A DNA stretch of 64,000 nucleotides from the NCBI GenBank assembly GCA_963422375.2, contig OY729428.2:1824001-1888000 (forward strand), given 5' to 3'. Source of the DNA: Bryobacterales bacterium. GTDB taxonomy: Bacteria; Acidobacteriota; Terriglobia; Bryobacterales; UBA6623. Below the pieces are notes generated by a model, which did not search any database, was not told where the DNA came from, and saw only the letters and a list, made by a program, of their open reading frames with translations. Below, piece by piece: positions 1 to 10,221 of the stretch (positions are counted from its first letter, which is position 1; each line of letters opens with the position of its first letter). The position numbers and the translations under genes were made by a program.

Positions 1-34
1 TCGGCCAGACGGATGCTGCGAACGCAGCGCGGTG

Positions 35-1885
35 TCAGCGCCCCGTTGTCCCCGTCGGCCCCGCATGGCGGGCGAGGAACTCCACCAGCACGCGCGTGCT
101 CTCGTCGCCCTCAATGCCTAGGTAGATGTCGAGCGGGCCGTGCCGTCGCCCCTTCGCCTCGTGGACTACCGCGTCAACGCCGGCCGCCTCCAGTCGGGCT
201 CTCATTGGCATCGCTTGCTCGTGCAAGGCGGACCGTCCGTCCGACACGAACATCAGGAGGGGAGGGATGTCCTTTCCCTTCTCGACGTGATGCCAGGGGG
301 ATACCGGCATCCAGGCAGCGGGATCGCTCCCGAAAGCGTTGCGATGGGTCTGAGTCGCGTTCTTCATGAGCAGCGGCACATTCAACATCGCTGTATCGAT
401 CGCGACGACCCCGCTGAGATCGGACAGGGACGCTCCTGCCGCGCTCATGAATTTCTCGTTCGTGCCGACGACGGCCACCAGGTGCGCCCCGGCCGAGTGC
501 CCCAACAGCACGATCATCGAGCCGTCGCCGCCGTACTTGGCGGCGTGCCGTTTCAACCAGGACGCCGCGTTCGCCACGTCCTGCGCCATCTCTTCCAAGC
601 TCGCTGCGGGTCGGAACCGGTAGTTCATCGAAGCGAGGAGATAGCCTCGCGGAACCAGTCCGGTCGCCTTGAACAGGGCCCTGCGCTTGTCCCCTCGGAC
701 CCAGCCCCCGCCGTGAACGTAAAGTACGGCCGGGGCTTCGCGCAGCCCTTCCCGCATGTAGATGTCCAAGCTCTGTCGCGCCTTATCGACGCCGTGGATC
801 GCACCGTACGGGACGTCGGCGATCCGGACGATGCCGCGCTCCTTGCGCAACTCCTCGGAATCGCGAAGGGCCCGCCGTTCGTTCAGCGCTCCGTTCTGGA
901 TGTCGTAGGCCCGGAGGGTCGAATTCGGCCAGTACCCGAACGGCTCGAATCCTTGCGCGCGATGCCTTGCCGCCATGCGCTCGCGGTATCGCTCGACCGC
1001 CGGCTCCGCAGGGGTCGGCTGTGCCAGGTAGCGGGCAAGGAAGCCGAAGCGGTCGCGCGAGCGCTCCATGACCGTGCTTCCGACGTGATCCGCCCATCGG
1101 ACCAGGCGGTATTCGTGCCGCAGGCGGTGGCGCCATAGCAGTCGGTGCAGGAAGTCCACGCCTTCCGCGAAGCCGAGGCCGTCCTCGTCCCCGACCTCGA
1201 TGTAGATGGCCGAGTCCGCCAGGCGAGACGGTCTGCTCTCGATGATCGAGGCGGGGTTCTCGCGGTTGAACCGCTCGTGGTCGAATGGCTCACCGAAGAG
1301 GCTGGCGATGGACTCCGGACTTCGTATCTTGTTGCGGTCCGGGACTTGGCCCCACGTCAGGCCGGGCCAGGCGCCTGGTTCCATGGCCGCCAGGGCTCCG
1401 AACGTCTCGGGGTACTTCAGGCCCAGGCGCAGGCTGCCGAATCCGCCCATCGAGGTGCCGGTCACCATCGTCTTCTTGCGGTCCGAGCTGACGCGATACG
1501 TCTTTCTGAGGTGTGGCAGGAGCTCGCTCATGATGAACGTCTCCCAGCGCTCCTTACCGTCGTAGCTGTCCATGTAGATCGAGCCGGTCGCGACGGACGG
1601 TGCCGCGATGACCATCGGAGGAAGGGTCTTCGATGCCCACATCTCGCTGATCTGCGGCTGGAATCTCGCGAGCTGCTCGCGGTCGCCTCCCGCGCCGTGG
1701 AGCAGGAGCAGCAACGGCAGGGGCTCGCTGTCGGAACGGTAGGCGGCCGGGAGCAGGACCGCGTACTCGACCGCTCCCGCGGTCACCAGTTGCGTCGGGA
1801 GCGACTCGCGGCGGATTTCAGAGCCAGTGGCGGGTCCCACCGCTGGCGACAGCAACAGGAGTCCGGCTGCAAGCACAGCGCGCAT
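35..1885 (-). CDS. Secreted tandem alpha/beta-hydrolase (putative-esterase/CE1-like domain plus HSL-family esterase domain)
   Basis: Signal-peptide-like MRAVLAAGLLLLSPAVG at ATG 1885. N-domain has LLLHGAGG and GTSMGG; C-domain has YVHGGGW and GHSAG. Confidence 0.85.
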   Translation of the reverse strand: MRAVLAAGLLLLSPAVGPATGSEIRRESLPTQLVTAGAVEYAVLLPAAYRSDSEPLPLLLLLHGAGGDREQLARFQPQISEMWASKTLPPMVIAAPSVATGSIYMDSYDGKERWETFIMSELLPHLRKTYRVSSDRKKTMVTGTSMGGFGSLRLGLKYPETFGALAAMEPGAWPGLTWGQVPDRNKIRSPESIASLFGEPFDHERFNRENPASIIESRPSRLADSAIYIEVGDEDGLGFAEGVDFLHRLLWRHRLRHEYRLVRWADHVGSTVMERSRDRFGFLARYLAQPTPAEPAVERYRERMAARHRAQGFEPFGYWPNSTLRAYDIQNGALNERRALRDSEELRKERGIVRIADVPYGAIHGVDKARQSLDIYMREGLREAPAVLYVHGGGWVRGDKRRALFKATGLVPRGYLLASMNYRFRPAASLEEMAQDVANAASWLKRHAAKYGGDGSMIVLLGHSAGAHLVAVVGTNEKFMSAAGASLSDLSGVVAIDTAMLNVPLLMKNATQTHRNAFGSDPAAWMPVSPWHHVEKGKDIPPLLMFVSDGRSALHEQAMPMRARLEAAGVDAVVHEAKGRRHGPLDIYLGIEGDESTRVLVEFLARHAGPTGTTGR

Positions 1886-2056
1886 CGGTTTCGTTCCCTC
1901 CTTCGCGGGGTTTCTGGGGCGAGTATCGCACTGGACGCAAGCCGCTTCGGGACCAGGCAGGCAGGCTGCGAGCGTCACTGGCGCCGTCCTTCGGGATCCC
2001 GCATGGCTGCGCGTGCCAATTCCCAGTATTCTCGTTGAATCGGAGGTAACGGAGAA

Positions 2057-2815
2057 ATGCACGGTGAATCGTCTCGCGTAGCGGCGGTCACAGGGGCCGG
2101 CAGCGGCGTTGGGCGCCAGACCGCACTGGCTCTGCTGGAAGACGGATACTCCGTAGTCCTGCTGGGACGTCGCGGAGCCTATCTCGAAGAAACGGTCGCG
2201 ATTTCCCGGGCCCGGAACCGCGTCCTGGCGATTCCCTGCGACGTGACGGACGAGCGTGCCGTGCAGGCTGCGTTCGAGAGGATTGCGGGCCGATTCGGGC
2301 GACTCGACGTGCTGTTCAACAACGCGGGCGGCAACGTGCCGCCGGTAGCGCTGGAAGATCTGACGCTCGAGCAGTGGCAGGGCGTGGTCGATGTGAACCT
2401 GACGGGGATGTTCCTCTGCACTCGGGAAGCTCTGCGGGTCATGAAGCGCCAGCGTCCGCTGGGAGGCCGGATCATCAACAACGGCTCGGTCTCGGCTCAG
2501 ACCCCCCGGCCGTTATCGGCCGCGTACACCGCGACCAAGCATGCCGTCACCGGCCTGACCAAGTCCGTCGCGTTGGACGGTCGCGCCTACGGCGTGGCCT
2601 GCGGGCAGATCGACATCGGCAACGCCGCGACCGCGATGACCGCGCGGATGGCGAGCGGAGTGCTCCAGGCAGACCTGTCGGTGGCTCCCGAACCCACCAT
2701 GGACGCCGACCACGTGGCCCGAGCCGTGCTCTACATGGCGAACCTGCCCCTGGACGCGAACGTTCTCTCGATGACCGTGATGGCGACGACTATGCCGCTC
2801 GTCGGGCGAGGCTGA
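2057..2815 (+). CDS. SDR family oxidoreductase
   Basis: TGAGSGVG Rossmann motif, NNAG, and YTATK catalytic YxxxK. Confidence 0.93.
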   Translation: MHGESSRVAAVTGAGSGVGRQTALALLEDGYSVVLLGRRGAYLEETVAISRARNRVLAIPCDVTDERAVQAAFERIAGRFGRLDVLFNNAGGNVPPVALEDLTLEQWQGVVDVNLTGMFLCTREALRVMKRQRPLGGRIINNGSVSAQTPRPLSAAYTATKHAVTGLTKSVALDGRAYGVACGQIDIGNAATAMTARMASGVLQADLSVAPEPTMDADHVARAVLYMANLPLDANVLSMTVMATTMPLVGRG

Positions 2816-2925
2816 GCGGTCGGGCACGGCAGGGAAGCCTGCCCGCTCCGGCCCCTCGCTTCGTTGTCGCGACACGCGTCCTGCGAACGGTCGCACCTCG
2901 GCCGGCGCTGTGCGAGAATCGCGCC

Positions 2926-4386
2926 TTGAAACCAGCTCTCCCTGCCAGCCTGCTCGCGGCCTGCTTGCTGCAAGCCGCCGCGGACTTCGAGGATCCCAAA
3001 CCGCCGAATTCGGCTCCGGCTGCGGCGAGGGCGCCCGCGGAACCTCGTCCGCATTCCGACGTCACCTACCACCGCGCGCCGCGACCCTTGGCCGAATCCG
3101 CGGTCAGCGAGGACTGGCCCGCGTTTCTGGGGTCCCGGGGCGAGCCCGTTTCCCGAGAGACCGGCTTGCTTGGGATGTTCGGGCCCGGCGGGCCGCGGCT
3201 CGTCTGGGAGCTGGCCAAGGGCACGGGATATAGCTCGCCGTCGATCAAGGGCGAGTACTTGGTATACCTGCACCGGTCGGGCTCGGAAGTGGTGGTCGAG
3301 TGCCTGCATCCGGAGACAGGAGAGTCGTACTGGACCTTCCGCTACCCGACGGACTTTGAAGACCGCTACGGCTACAGCAACGGCCCACGGGCCAGCCCAG
3401 TCATCGACGGCGACCATGTCTATACCTACGGCGCGCAAGGAAGGCTGCACTGCCTGCTGTTGAGGACCGGGCAACTCGTGTGGCGCCGGGACATCGCAGA
3501 AGAGTTCGCCGTGCCGCAGGACTTCTTCGGGACCGCAACCACGCCCCTCATCGACGGGGATAGCCTGATTCTGAACGTAGGCGCGCCGGGCGGACCCGAG
3601 GTCGCGGCCTTCGACAAGCTCAGCGGGCGTATGCTATGGGGCGTGGGCGACCGTTGGGGCGCTAGCTACGCGACGCCTGTACTGGCCGAGATCCACGGCC
3701 AGCGGCGGGTTTTCGTTTTGGCCGGCGGGGAAAGCAACCCCCCTGCGGGCGGTCTGATCGCCGTAGACCCGGCGAAGGGCAGCCTGTCATTCCGGTTTCC
3801 TTGGCGCAGCCGCAGCTACGAATCGGTGAACGCGTCCTGCCCGGTGGTCGTCGGCAACAGGGTTCTGGTGTCCGCCACCTATCGCACCGGCGCGGCATTC
3901 TTGGCGATCGAGCCGGACGGCAGCTTTCGGAAGCTGTGGCAGAACCCGGATTTCGACCTGCACTGGACCACGGCGGTGCATGATGACGGATACTTCTATG
4001 CTTTTTCCGGCCGCAACGAGCCGGACGCGAAGCTCGCCTGCGTGCGGGCCTCGGACGGCGAGACCGTGTGGAGCCAGGCTCTCGAATGGCAGGAGACGGT
4101 CCGGCTGCAAGGCGAAACGCGAACGATCTACGGGAGTCCGTATCGAGGCAACCTATTGAAGGTGGATGGGAGGTTCTTGGCGCTGGGCGAGCACGGGCAC
4201 CTGCTGTGGCTGGACCTGTCCCCTGCGGGACCGAAGGTCCTTGAACGGGCGCGGCTCTTTCTCGCACGCGAGACTTGGAGTCCACCGGTAGTGAGGCGCG
4301 GATTGCTCTACGTGAGCCAGAATTCCCGGTCCATCGACCCACCATCGGGACCGCGCCTCCTCTGTTACGATCTGAGGGGAGGGTAG
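2926..4386 (+). CDS. PQQ-binding-like beta-propeller repeat protein (BamB-like), secreted
   Basis: Probable TTG start with signal peptide; DWPAFLG, GYSSP, GPRASP and repeated G..W propeller motifs. Start codon inferred. Confidence 0.85.
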   Translation: MKPALPASLLAACLLQAAADFEDPKPPNSAPAAARAPAEPRPHSDVTYHRAPRPLAESAVSEDWPAFLGSRGEPVSRETGLLGMFGPGGPRLVWELAKGTGYSSPSIKGEYLVYLHRSGSEVVVECLHPETGESYWTFRYPTDFEDRYGYSNGPRASPVIDGDHVYTYGAQGRLHCLLLRTGQLVWRRDIAEEFAVPQDFFGTATTPLIDGDSLILNVGAPGGPEVAAFDKLSGRMLWGVGDRWGASYATPVLAEIHGQRRVFVLAGGESNPPAGGLIAVDPAKGSLSFRFPWRSRSYESVNASCPVVVGNRVLVSATYRTGAAFLAIEPDGSFRKLWQNPDFDLHWTTAVHDDGYFYAFSGRNEPDAKLACVRASDGETVWSQALEWQETVRLQGETRTIYGSPYRGNLLKVDGRFLALGEHGHLLWLDLSPAGPKVLERARLFLARETWSPPVVRRGLLYVSQNSRSIDPPSGPRLLCYDLRGG

Positions 4387-4428
4387 GATCCAGAACGCTC
4401 GGGTTCGGCTCGCTGTCCCGCCAAGGGC

Positions 4429-4936
4429 ATGCTAGAGCAGTTTCAGGCGAGAGTCGAATTCACGAATGCTGGATTCAGTACGACTCGCATTTCGGCCGGG
4501 TCGATGTAGAGAAATGTAAGCGCGATATTGAGAATTCCCTCAGGGTGATTCTCGAGAATGCGGCACTCTTGTCCGATGCAGTGGTACTACTGAATGCATT
4601 CTCGACTAGCCTAGGACCAATGCCAATGCTCGAGACAATAGAAGGTTACGGCGCACAGGAAGTCCTTCTTCCACTCGTCACGGCGCTTGGGTCGAACTTG
4701 GATTGAATCCGCAGGCTGCACTGGAGGCAAGAGAAGTCGCTGGCGACATCCGGGATGATCTGGCTGCGCTGCGAGCGAAACCAGCCTCCGACCCGCGGTG
4801 TCCCTCGCAAGTACAGCGTGTGTCGGCGAACACGCGCGAGAGTCCTCCGGGCTCGCCATGGGCGGTCACCGATTCGAGTCGGACCGAGTCCGCCGGTGAT
4901 TCACTGCGCGAGACGGATTTGCTCTCCGAGCCGTGA
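4429..4936 (+). pseudogene. Degraded lower-GC gene remnant, unknown family
   Basis: Abrupt drop in GC; protein-like text split over ORFs 4275-4706 and 4703-4936. Confidence 0.35.
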
Positions 4937-4938
4937 TC

Positions 4939-7257
4939 TCATTCGTTCTCCGGCAGGACCTTCAATAGCACGGCCGTGCGGTCCACGAAGACGCGCCGCA
5001 GGCCCCACCGGCTCGGGTCACTGGCGATCGCCAGGGCTTGCGGATAGTAGGGATCGCTCGGGTGCAAGTTGAGCGCCACGTACGCGATGCGGGCTTCGCG
5101 CAGCCTTGCGGCGGCGGAGGCGGCTCCGCTGACTGCGCTGGCGGGCCGATGAACGGGTCCCGCGTGGACTGCCTCTAGCCGGATCCATTCTCCGTGGGAC
5201 TGCAGGCCGTCGATGTCAAGGGCTGATTGGGAGCGAGCCGAGGCGCGTGGGTGGACCAGCTCCATGCCGTCCGTCACGAGGGGCGTGCCGAACTGAACTT
5301 GGAGAAACATGCCGGGAGCGGGAGGCTCTCTGGAGTTCCACGTGGTGAAGACATCGCCGTCGAACGGCCGCAGCGCGTGCCAGGGATGCGGGAATGAGGA
5401 CGCTACGGCCTCGCCGGGCAGTTGGAGCGGCTCCCCGCTACGCAGCAGCCGGAGCTCCGACACGGACCATACGCGAGCCCTCTGGGCTCGAACCTGACGG
5501 ATTCGCAGCCCGAGCAGGGGCTGCGGCTTCCACGAGGCCTGCAGCAGGTAGTCGGGCCTGGTGGCGGGATCGAGCGGGGCCAGGAGCGCGTCTGCCAGGT
5601 CCTGGTTCTCGAGTCCTTGGTAGGAGACTAGCAGCTCCGCTCGAAAATACGCCTCGGGCAGGTTGAACAGGCTCAGAACGCGTGTCTCCGGGCCGCCCAG
5701 CTGGTTCAGTCTGTCCGCAAGCAGGTAGAACTCGACGTTGCGGGCTAGGTGCCACATCTGCGGCTCGATTCGCAGCGCCGCCCTCCAAGGGAACCCGTTC
5801 ACGCTCCAGAGCCCGGAGTAGTACCAAAACGAACGGTGCGCCGGCCAGGACGTCACGCACTGAAAGGCCAGCACCGTGGTGGCCGCGGCGAGGGCTTGGC
5901 GCCGGGGCAAGGATTCCAGTGCCAGCCCGAGCGCGAGCGCCCCGAACATCACGCTCGGTATCAGGAACCGGGCGCCGGCGTTCAGGAACCAGGGCAGGGC
6001 GCATGTCAGCGACGCGGCCAGAAGGGCCCTTCCGAAGGGCCGCCGCCAAGCCAGAAGGGCGAACGGCGCGAGGGCGAGCGTCCACCCCAGCGATCCCGAG
6101 TAGCGCTCGCCCAGCACCAACTCGAACGGGGCTGACAGAAGCTGCTCCCAGCGGTCGAAAGGCCCCCCTTGGTAGGACTTCATCGCGAAGGCGTAGGCCG
6201 CTTCCCATTCGACGCTGATGTAGGGGTTCCTGAACCAATCGTTGAAGAAAGGCGCAAGCGGATTCCCCGTCAGCAGGGCGCTCTTGAGCAACCAAGGCAG
6301 GCCCATGACGGCGGCCGTCGCCCCGCACAGCGCCAGCGCCTTGGCCGCTGGCTTCCACTCCCGGTGTCTCGCTAGCAGGGAGCCTGCCGCCGCGATCGCA
6401 GCCGCGCCGGAGACGACGCCCGTGTACTTGACAGAGAAGCAGAAGCCGATCAGCAGTCCCAGCAAGATGAGCCAGCCGTTCTCCCTGTCGCTCCACCAGA
6501 TCGCTAGCAGATAAAAGGTGAGCAGCAAGGAAAACGCTAGGGCGCAGTCGTTGTACGCGGACGTCGCATCCGGAATCACGACCGGGCAAGTGAACACGAC
6601 CACCCCAGCGAACGCCCCCGCGAGCGCGCAGCCGAACCTGCGAGCGAGGCATAGCACTCCCCCGACTGTCGCGGCGAGGAACGAGAAATGCACGATCTTG
6701 GCGGCGGACTCCCTGCCAATCGCGTACGCGAGCAGGTACAGCATCTCGGCCCCTTGGGAGATGTGCGCGTAGACGCTGGTCGTGATCGGCACGAACCCGT
6801 GCGCTCGGTAGTACCTCTGGACGAGTCCGAGGTGATAGCCCAGGGCGTCCGAGCGCGTCTCCGGGGCCAGCGTGTGGACTAGGTACAGCGCTCCGTAGGC
6901 CGCGACGGGCACTAGGACCAGACACCATTCCGCACGGCCGCCGCCGGCGCTTGCCCTGTAGGGCGATGGCCTCCGCCCCCATTGCAGCCAGCACCCGGCG
7001 ACCGCAGCGGCGAGCAGGAGCACCGTCGCGTCGTAGACCCACCCGAGGGCGCACAGCGCGAAGACGGCGGCGCTCAGCACGGCCGCGCCGATTCCGTAGG
7101 ACAGGATCCAGGTTTCGGCTCGGGTCAGCTTCCCGTGCGTGAAGGGCAGGCGGGCGAGAGCCGTGCGTCCAAGCAGCACGGCCCCGAGGACCGCGAGGAG
7201 CCCGCCGCCGAGCACCCCGGCTAGATCGTCGAGCGCTTCGGGGATCGATGCGTCCAT
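4939..7257 (-). CDS. Polytopic membrane glycosyltransferase (GT-C / ArnT-PMT-like) with C-terminal discoidin-like domain
   Basis: Many TM segments; DALGYHL, YNDCA, VKYTG and TGNPLAPFF motifs; C-terminal FDGDVFTTWNS...FLQVQF resembles F5/8 type C. Confidence 0.7.
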   Translation of the reverse strand: MDASIPEALDDLAGVLGGGLLAVLGAVLLGRTALARLPFTHGKLTRAETWILSYGIGAAVLSAAVFALCALGWVYDATVLLLAAAVAGCWLQWGRRPSPYRASAGGGRAEWCLVLVPVAAYGALYLVHTLAPETRSDALGYHLGLVQRYYRAHGFVPITTSVYAHISQGAEMLYLLAYAIGRESAAKIVHFSFLAATVGGVLCLARRFGCALAGAFAGVVVFTCPVVIPDATSAYNDCALAFSLLLTFYLLAIWWSDRENGWLILLGLLIGFCFSVKYTGVVSGAAAIAAAGSLLARHREWKPAAKALALCGATAAVMGLPWLLKSALLTGNPLAPFFNDWFRNPYISVEWEAAYAFAMKSYQGGPFDRWEQLLSAPFELVLGERYSGSLGWTLALAPFALLAWRRPFGRALLAASLTCALPWFLNAGARFLIPSVMFGALALGLALESLPRRQALAAATTVLAFQCVTSWPAHRSFWYYSGLWSVNGFPWRAALRIEPQMWHLARNVEFYLLADRLNQLGGPETRVLSLFNLPEAYFRAELLVSYQGLENQDLADALLAPLDPATRPDYLLQASWKPQPLLGLRIRQVRAQRARVWSVSELRLLRSGEPLQLPGEAVASSFPHPWHALRPFDGDVFTTWNSREPPAPGMFLQVQFGTPLVTDGMELVHPRASARSQSALDIDGLQSHGEWIRLEAVHAGPVHRPASAVSGAASAAARLREARIAYVALNLHPSDPYYPQALAIASDPSRWGLRRVFVDRTAVLLKVLPENE

Positions 7258-7279
7258 CCTCGAGCCGGGCCTCGTCCCG

Positions 7280-8050
7280 TCAGGCCCTCCGCAGCGGCTT
7301 CACGAAGTACTTCGCGATGCACCAGAGCGCCCACCACCCGTCGCGCGGGCGGATTTTCTTGCCTTCCGCGTAGGTGCGGCCGTGATACGAGATGCCGACC
7401 TCGTAGACGCGCGCGCCTGCCTTGGCGACCTTGGCCGTCACTTCCGGCTCGAAGCCGAAGCGGTCCTCCTCAAGGATGATCGACTGCAGCAGGTCGCGAC
7501 GGAAGACCTTGTAGCACGACTCCATGTCGGTGAGGTTGAGGTCCGTGGCAAAGTTTGACAGCAAGGTCAGGAAGCGGTTGCCGAGGTAGTGCCTGAAGTA
7601 CAGCACGCGGTGCTCGCTGGCGGTTAGAAAGCGCGAGCCGTACACGACGTCGGCCTTGCCTTCGAGCAGGGGGTTCAGCAGCCTCGGATAGTCCGTCGGG
7701 TCGTACTCCAGGTCGGCGTCCTGCACGATGACGAAGTCCCCGGTCGCATGGGCGAAGCCCGCCCGAAGGGCGCGCCCCTTGCCTAGGTTGCGGGGCTGGC
7801 CGTACACCCTCACGTTGTCGTACTCGCCCTGCAGTTCCATGGCGACATGCAACGAGCCGTCAGTCGAGGCATCGTCGATGATCAGGACTTCCTTGTCGAT
7901 TTCGACGGCTTGCACGCGCCGAACAATCTCGCGCAGCGTGCCTCCCTCGTTGTACACGGGGATCACGACAGAGAGTCTCGCCGGCACGTCAGAACGCTCT
8001 CGGACCGCGGCCCGGCGGCCCTCCGGCGCCGCCAGTGGACCAGTAGCCAA
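7280..8050 (-). CDS. Glycosyltransferase family 2 (DPM1-like polyprenol-phosphate glycosyltransferase)
   Basis: SVVIPVYNE, DDASTDG, QDADLEYDP, VYGSRF, DMESCYK and RFGFEPE motifs. Exact start uncertain. Confidence 0.92.
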   Translation of the reverse strand: MATGPLAAPEGRRAAVRERSDVPARLSVVIPVYNEGGTLREIVRRVQAVEIDKEVLIIDDASTDGSLHVAMELQGEYDNVRVYGQPRNLGKGRALRAGFAHATGDFVIVQDADLEYDPTDYPRLLNPLLEGKADVVYGSRFLTASEHRVLYFRHYLGNRFLTLLSNFATDLNLTDMESCYKVFRRDLLQSIILEEDRFGFEPEVTAKVAKAGARVYEVGISYHGRTYAEGKKIRPRDGWWALWCIAKYFVKPLRRA

Positions 8051-8161
8051 GTATGCTACGGCTGGCCGAGCGGTACCCGAGGCGAGGCTGGCCGGCGCGG
8101 TTCCGGGTCGAGCCGCCGGTCTTCGACGGTGCGCCCGGCTGGCGTCCTATACTCGGAGGCA

Positions 8162-9694
8162 TTGCAGGATACCCGACAGCCCGTTCGCGCGCAGCCCGGA
8201 ACGGTCTACCTCGTGGGTGCGGGGCCCGGCGACCCCGACCTCCTCACGCTGCGCGCCCGGGAGTTGCTGCGAGCGGCCGACCTGATCCTCTTCGACAATC
8301 TCACGTCGGCCGAGGTCCTGTCGTTCGGTCGTCCGGACGCGGATCGGCGTTACGTAGGCAAGAAGCGGGCCGAGCAGGCCTGCACCCAAGACGAGATCAA
8401 CGGCGTGATGGTTGCCGCGGCCTTGGACGGCAAAGCGGTAGTGCGTCTCAAGGGCGGCGACCCGTACGTTTTCGGACGTGGCGGCGAGGAGGCCCAGGCG
8501 CTGGCCCGGGCCGGAGTCCAGTTTGAGGTCGTTCCCGGCGTCACGTCGGCCTTGGGTGCCGCGGCCTACGCGGGCATGCCGCTAACCCACCGGGACTTCA
8601 CCCAAGCCGTGACTTTCGTGACCGGGCACGACGTGGACTGCATCGACTGGCGCTTGCTCGCGGCCGGCCACACACTCGTTGTGTTCATGGGGCTGGTGTC
8701 GATCGCCGAGATCGCCCGGCGGCTGACCGGCGCGGGTCTCGCCCCGTCCACGCCGGCTGCGGCCCTGCGCTGGGTCACGCGAGGCGACCAGAGAGTGGTG
8801 TCCGGCACGCTGGAGGCCCTTCCCGACGCCGTGCGGCGAGAGGGACTGAAGCCGCCCGCGTTGGTCGTGATCGGAGAGATCGTCATGCTGCGCGAGGAGA
8901 TCGACTGGTTCGACAGGCTCCCGCTTCGTGGCCAGTCGGTCGCTGTGACGCGCGCTTCCGCGCAGTCGGCGGAATTCTGCGGCGAGCTGCGTCGCTTGGG
9001 CGCCCATGTCATCTCGGTTCCCACGATCGAATTCGAGCCGCCTTCCGACTGGGGGCCGGCAGACCGGGCACTTCGCGACCTGCCTGGCTACGACTGGTTG
9101 GTGTTCACCAGCGTCAACGGCGTCGACCGGTTCCTCGCCCGTCTGGACGCAGCGTCGCGCGACTTGCGCGACTTGCCGCGCGGCATATGCGCGATCGGTC
9201 CGGCCACTGCGCAGCGCCTGCGCTCGCTTCGACTCCGTGCCAACGTGGTGCCGGAGGAGTTCGTCGCCGAGTCTCTGGTAGCGGAGTTCGAGTCGCGGGG
9301 AGTGCGCGGCAGTAGGGTCCTGATTCCTCGGGCGGAGGAAGCGCGCGACGTGCTTCCTGTCCGGCTTGCCGGGATGGGTGCCCGGGTCGATGTGGTACCG
9401 GTGTACCGTACGGTGCTGCCGCGAGACTCGATGGGTGCCGCCGCCGCCGCTTGGGGCGCCCCCCGTCCGCCCGATTGGGTGACTGCGACGAGTTCATCGA
9501 CCCTGCGGAACCTCGCGAAGCTGGTGCCGGTCGAGAGGCTCCGGAAATCTAAGCTCGCTTCGATCGGGCCGGTCACGTCTGCCACGGCGCGTGACTTGGG
9601 CCTGTCTGTAGCGGCCGAGGCTTCCTTCTACACCACGGACGGACTGATTCAAGCGTTGGTCCTGGCAAGCTCCGCCGGGGCCGTTCCCCCTTAG
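8162..9694 (+). CDS. cobA: Uroporphyrinogen-III C-methyltransferase / uroporphyrinogen-III synthase fusion
   Basis: VYLVGAGPGDPDLLT, RLKGGDPYVFGRGGEE, then a HemD domain (VTRA, FTSVNGV, SIGPVT). GGAGG precedes TTG 8162. Confidence 0.93.
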   Translation: MQDTRQPVRAQPGTVYLVGAGPGDPDLLTLRARELLRAADLILFDNLTSAEVLSFGRPDADRRYVGKKRAEQACTQDEINGVMVAAALDGKAVVRLKGGDPYVFGRGGEEAQALARAGVQFEVVPGVTSALGAAAYAGMPLTHRDFTQAVTFVTGHDVDCIDWRLLAAGHTLVVFMGLVSIAEIARRLTGAGLAPSTPAAALRWVTRGDQRVVSGTLEALPDAVRREGLKPPALVVIGEIVMLREEIDWFDRLPLRGQSVAVTRASAQSAEFCGELRRLGAHVISVPTIEFEPPSDWGPADRALRDLPGYDWLVFTSVNGVDRFLARLDAASRDLRDLPRGICAIGPATAQRLRSLRLRANVVPEEFVAESLVAEFESRGVRGSRVLIPRAEEARDVLPVRLAGMGARVDVVPVYRTVLPRDSMGAAAAAWGAPRPPDWVTATSSSTLRNLAKLVPVERLRKSKLASIGPVTSATARDLGLSVAAEASFYTTDGLIQALVLASSAGAVPP

Positions 9695-9719
9695 GGGCGA
9701 TAATGGTTGGGGAGAGAGC

Positions 9720-10208
9720 ATGCGTTACCTCCAAGCGGGTGAGCAGCAGCTGGTCGCGCTAGATCCCGATAACGGCACGCTGCAGCAGCTCGTGCAGCAG
9801 GCCGGGTACTCCTGCACCATCGCGGTCGAGCGCAGAAGAGTCAGCCTCGAAGTGACGGCCAAGGAACTGAACGGCTCGTTGCTGCTGTTCGACGCGAGCG
9901 ACCCGGCCAACGTCGGCTGGTTCTCGCGCTGCCAGTTCTACGTCGATTCGGTGTCGGGAGTCGTTCTGCAGACGCCGCTGGTTCTGGCCAACTGCTACGA
10001 CGGGAACGAGCTGGCGCGCGATCGGCTGCGCGTTTCCATGGCGACGGAGCTGCCGGCGGGCTTTCGCCTGCCCGGACGGCGCGGGCTGACCGAGCAGGTG
10101 GTCTACGCGCTGATGTACAACCTGCTGACCGCCCTCCGGGAAACCGGCGTGGCGCTCTGCGGCCCGGCGGGCCTCCGTCCGCTCGCGGGAAGCGGGCGCG
10201 GGCGTTAA
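9720..10208 (+). CDS. Hypothetical protein
   Basis: ATG with GGAGAG RBS, host-like codon usage, 25 bp after cobA-hemD. Confidence 0.75.
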   Translation: MRYLQAGEQQLVALDPDNGTLQQLVQQAGYSCTIAVERRRVSLEVTAKELNGSLLLFDASDPANVGWFSRCQFYVDSVSGVVLQTPLVLANCYDGNELARDRLRVSMATELPAGFRLPGRRGLTEQVVYALMYNLLTALRETGVALCGPAGLRPLAGSGRGR

Positions 10209-10221
10209 TTCGGCAGCGGGC

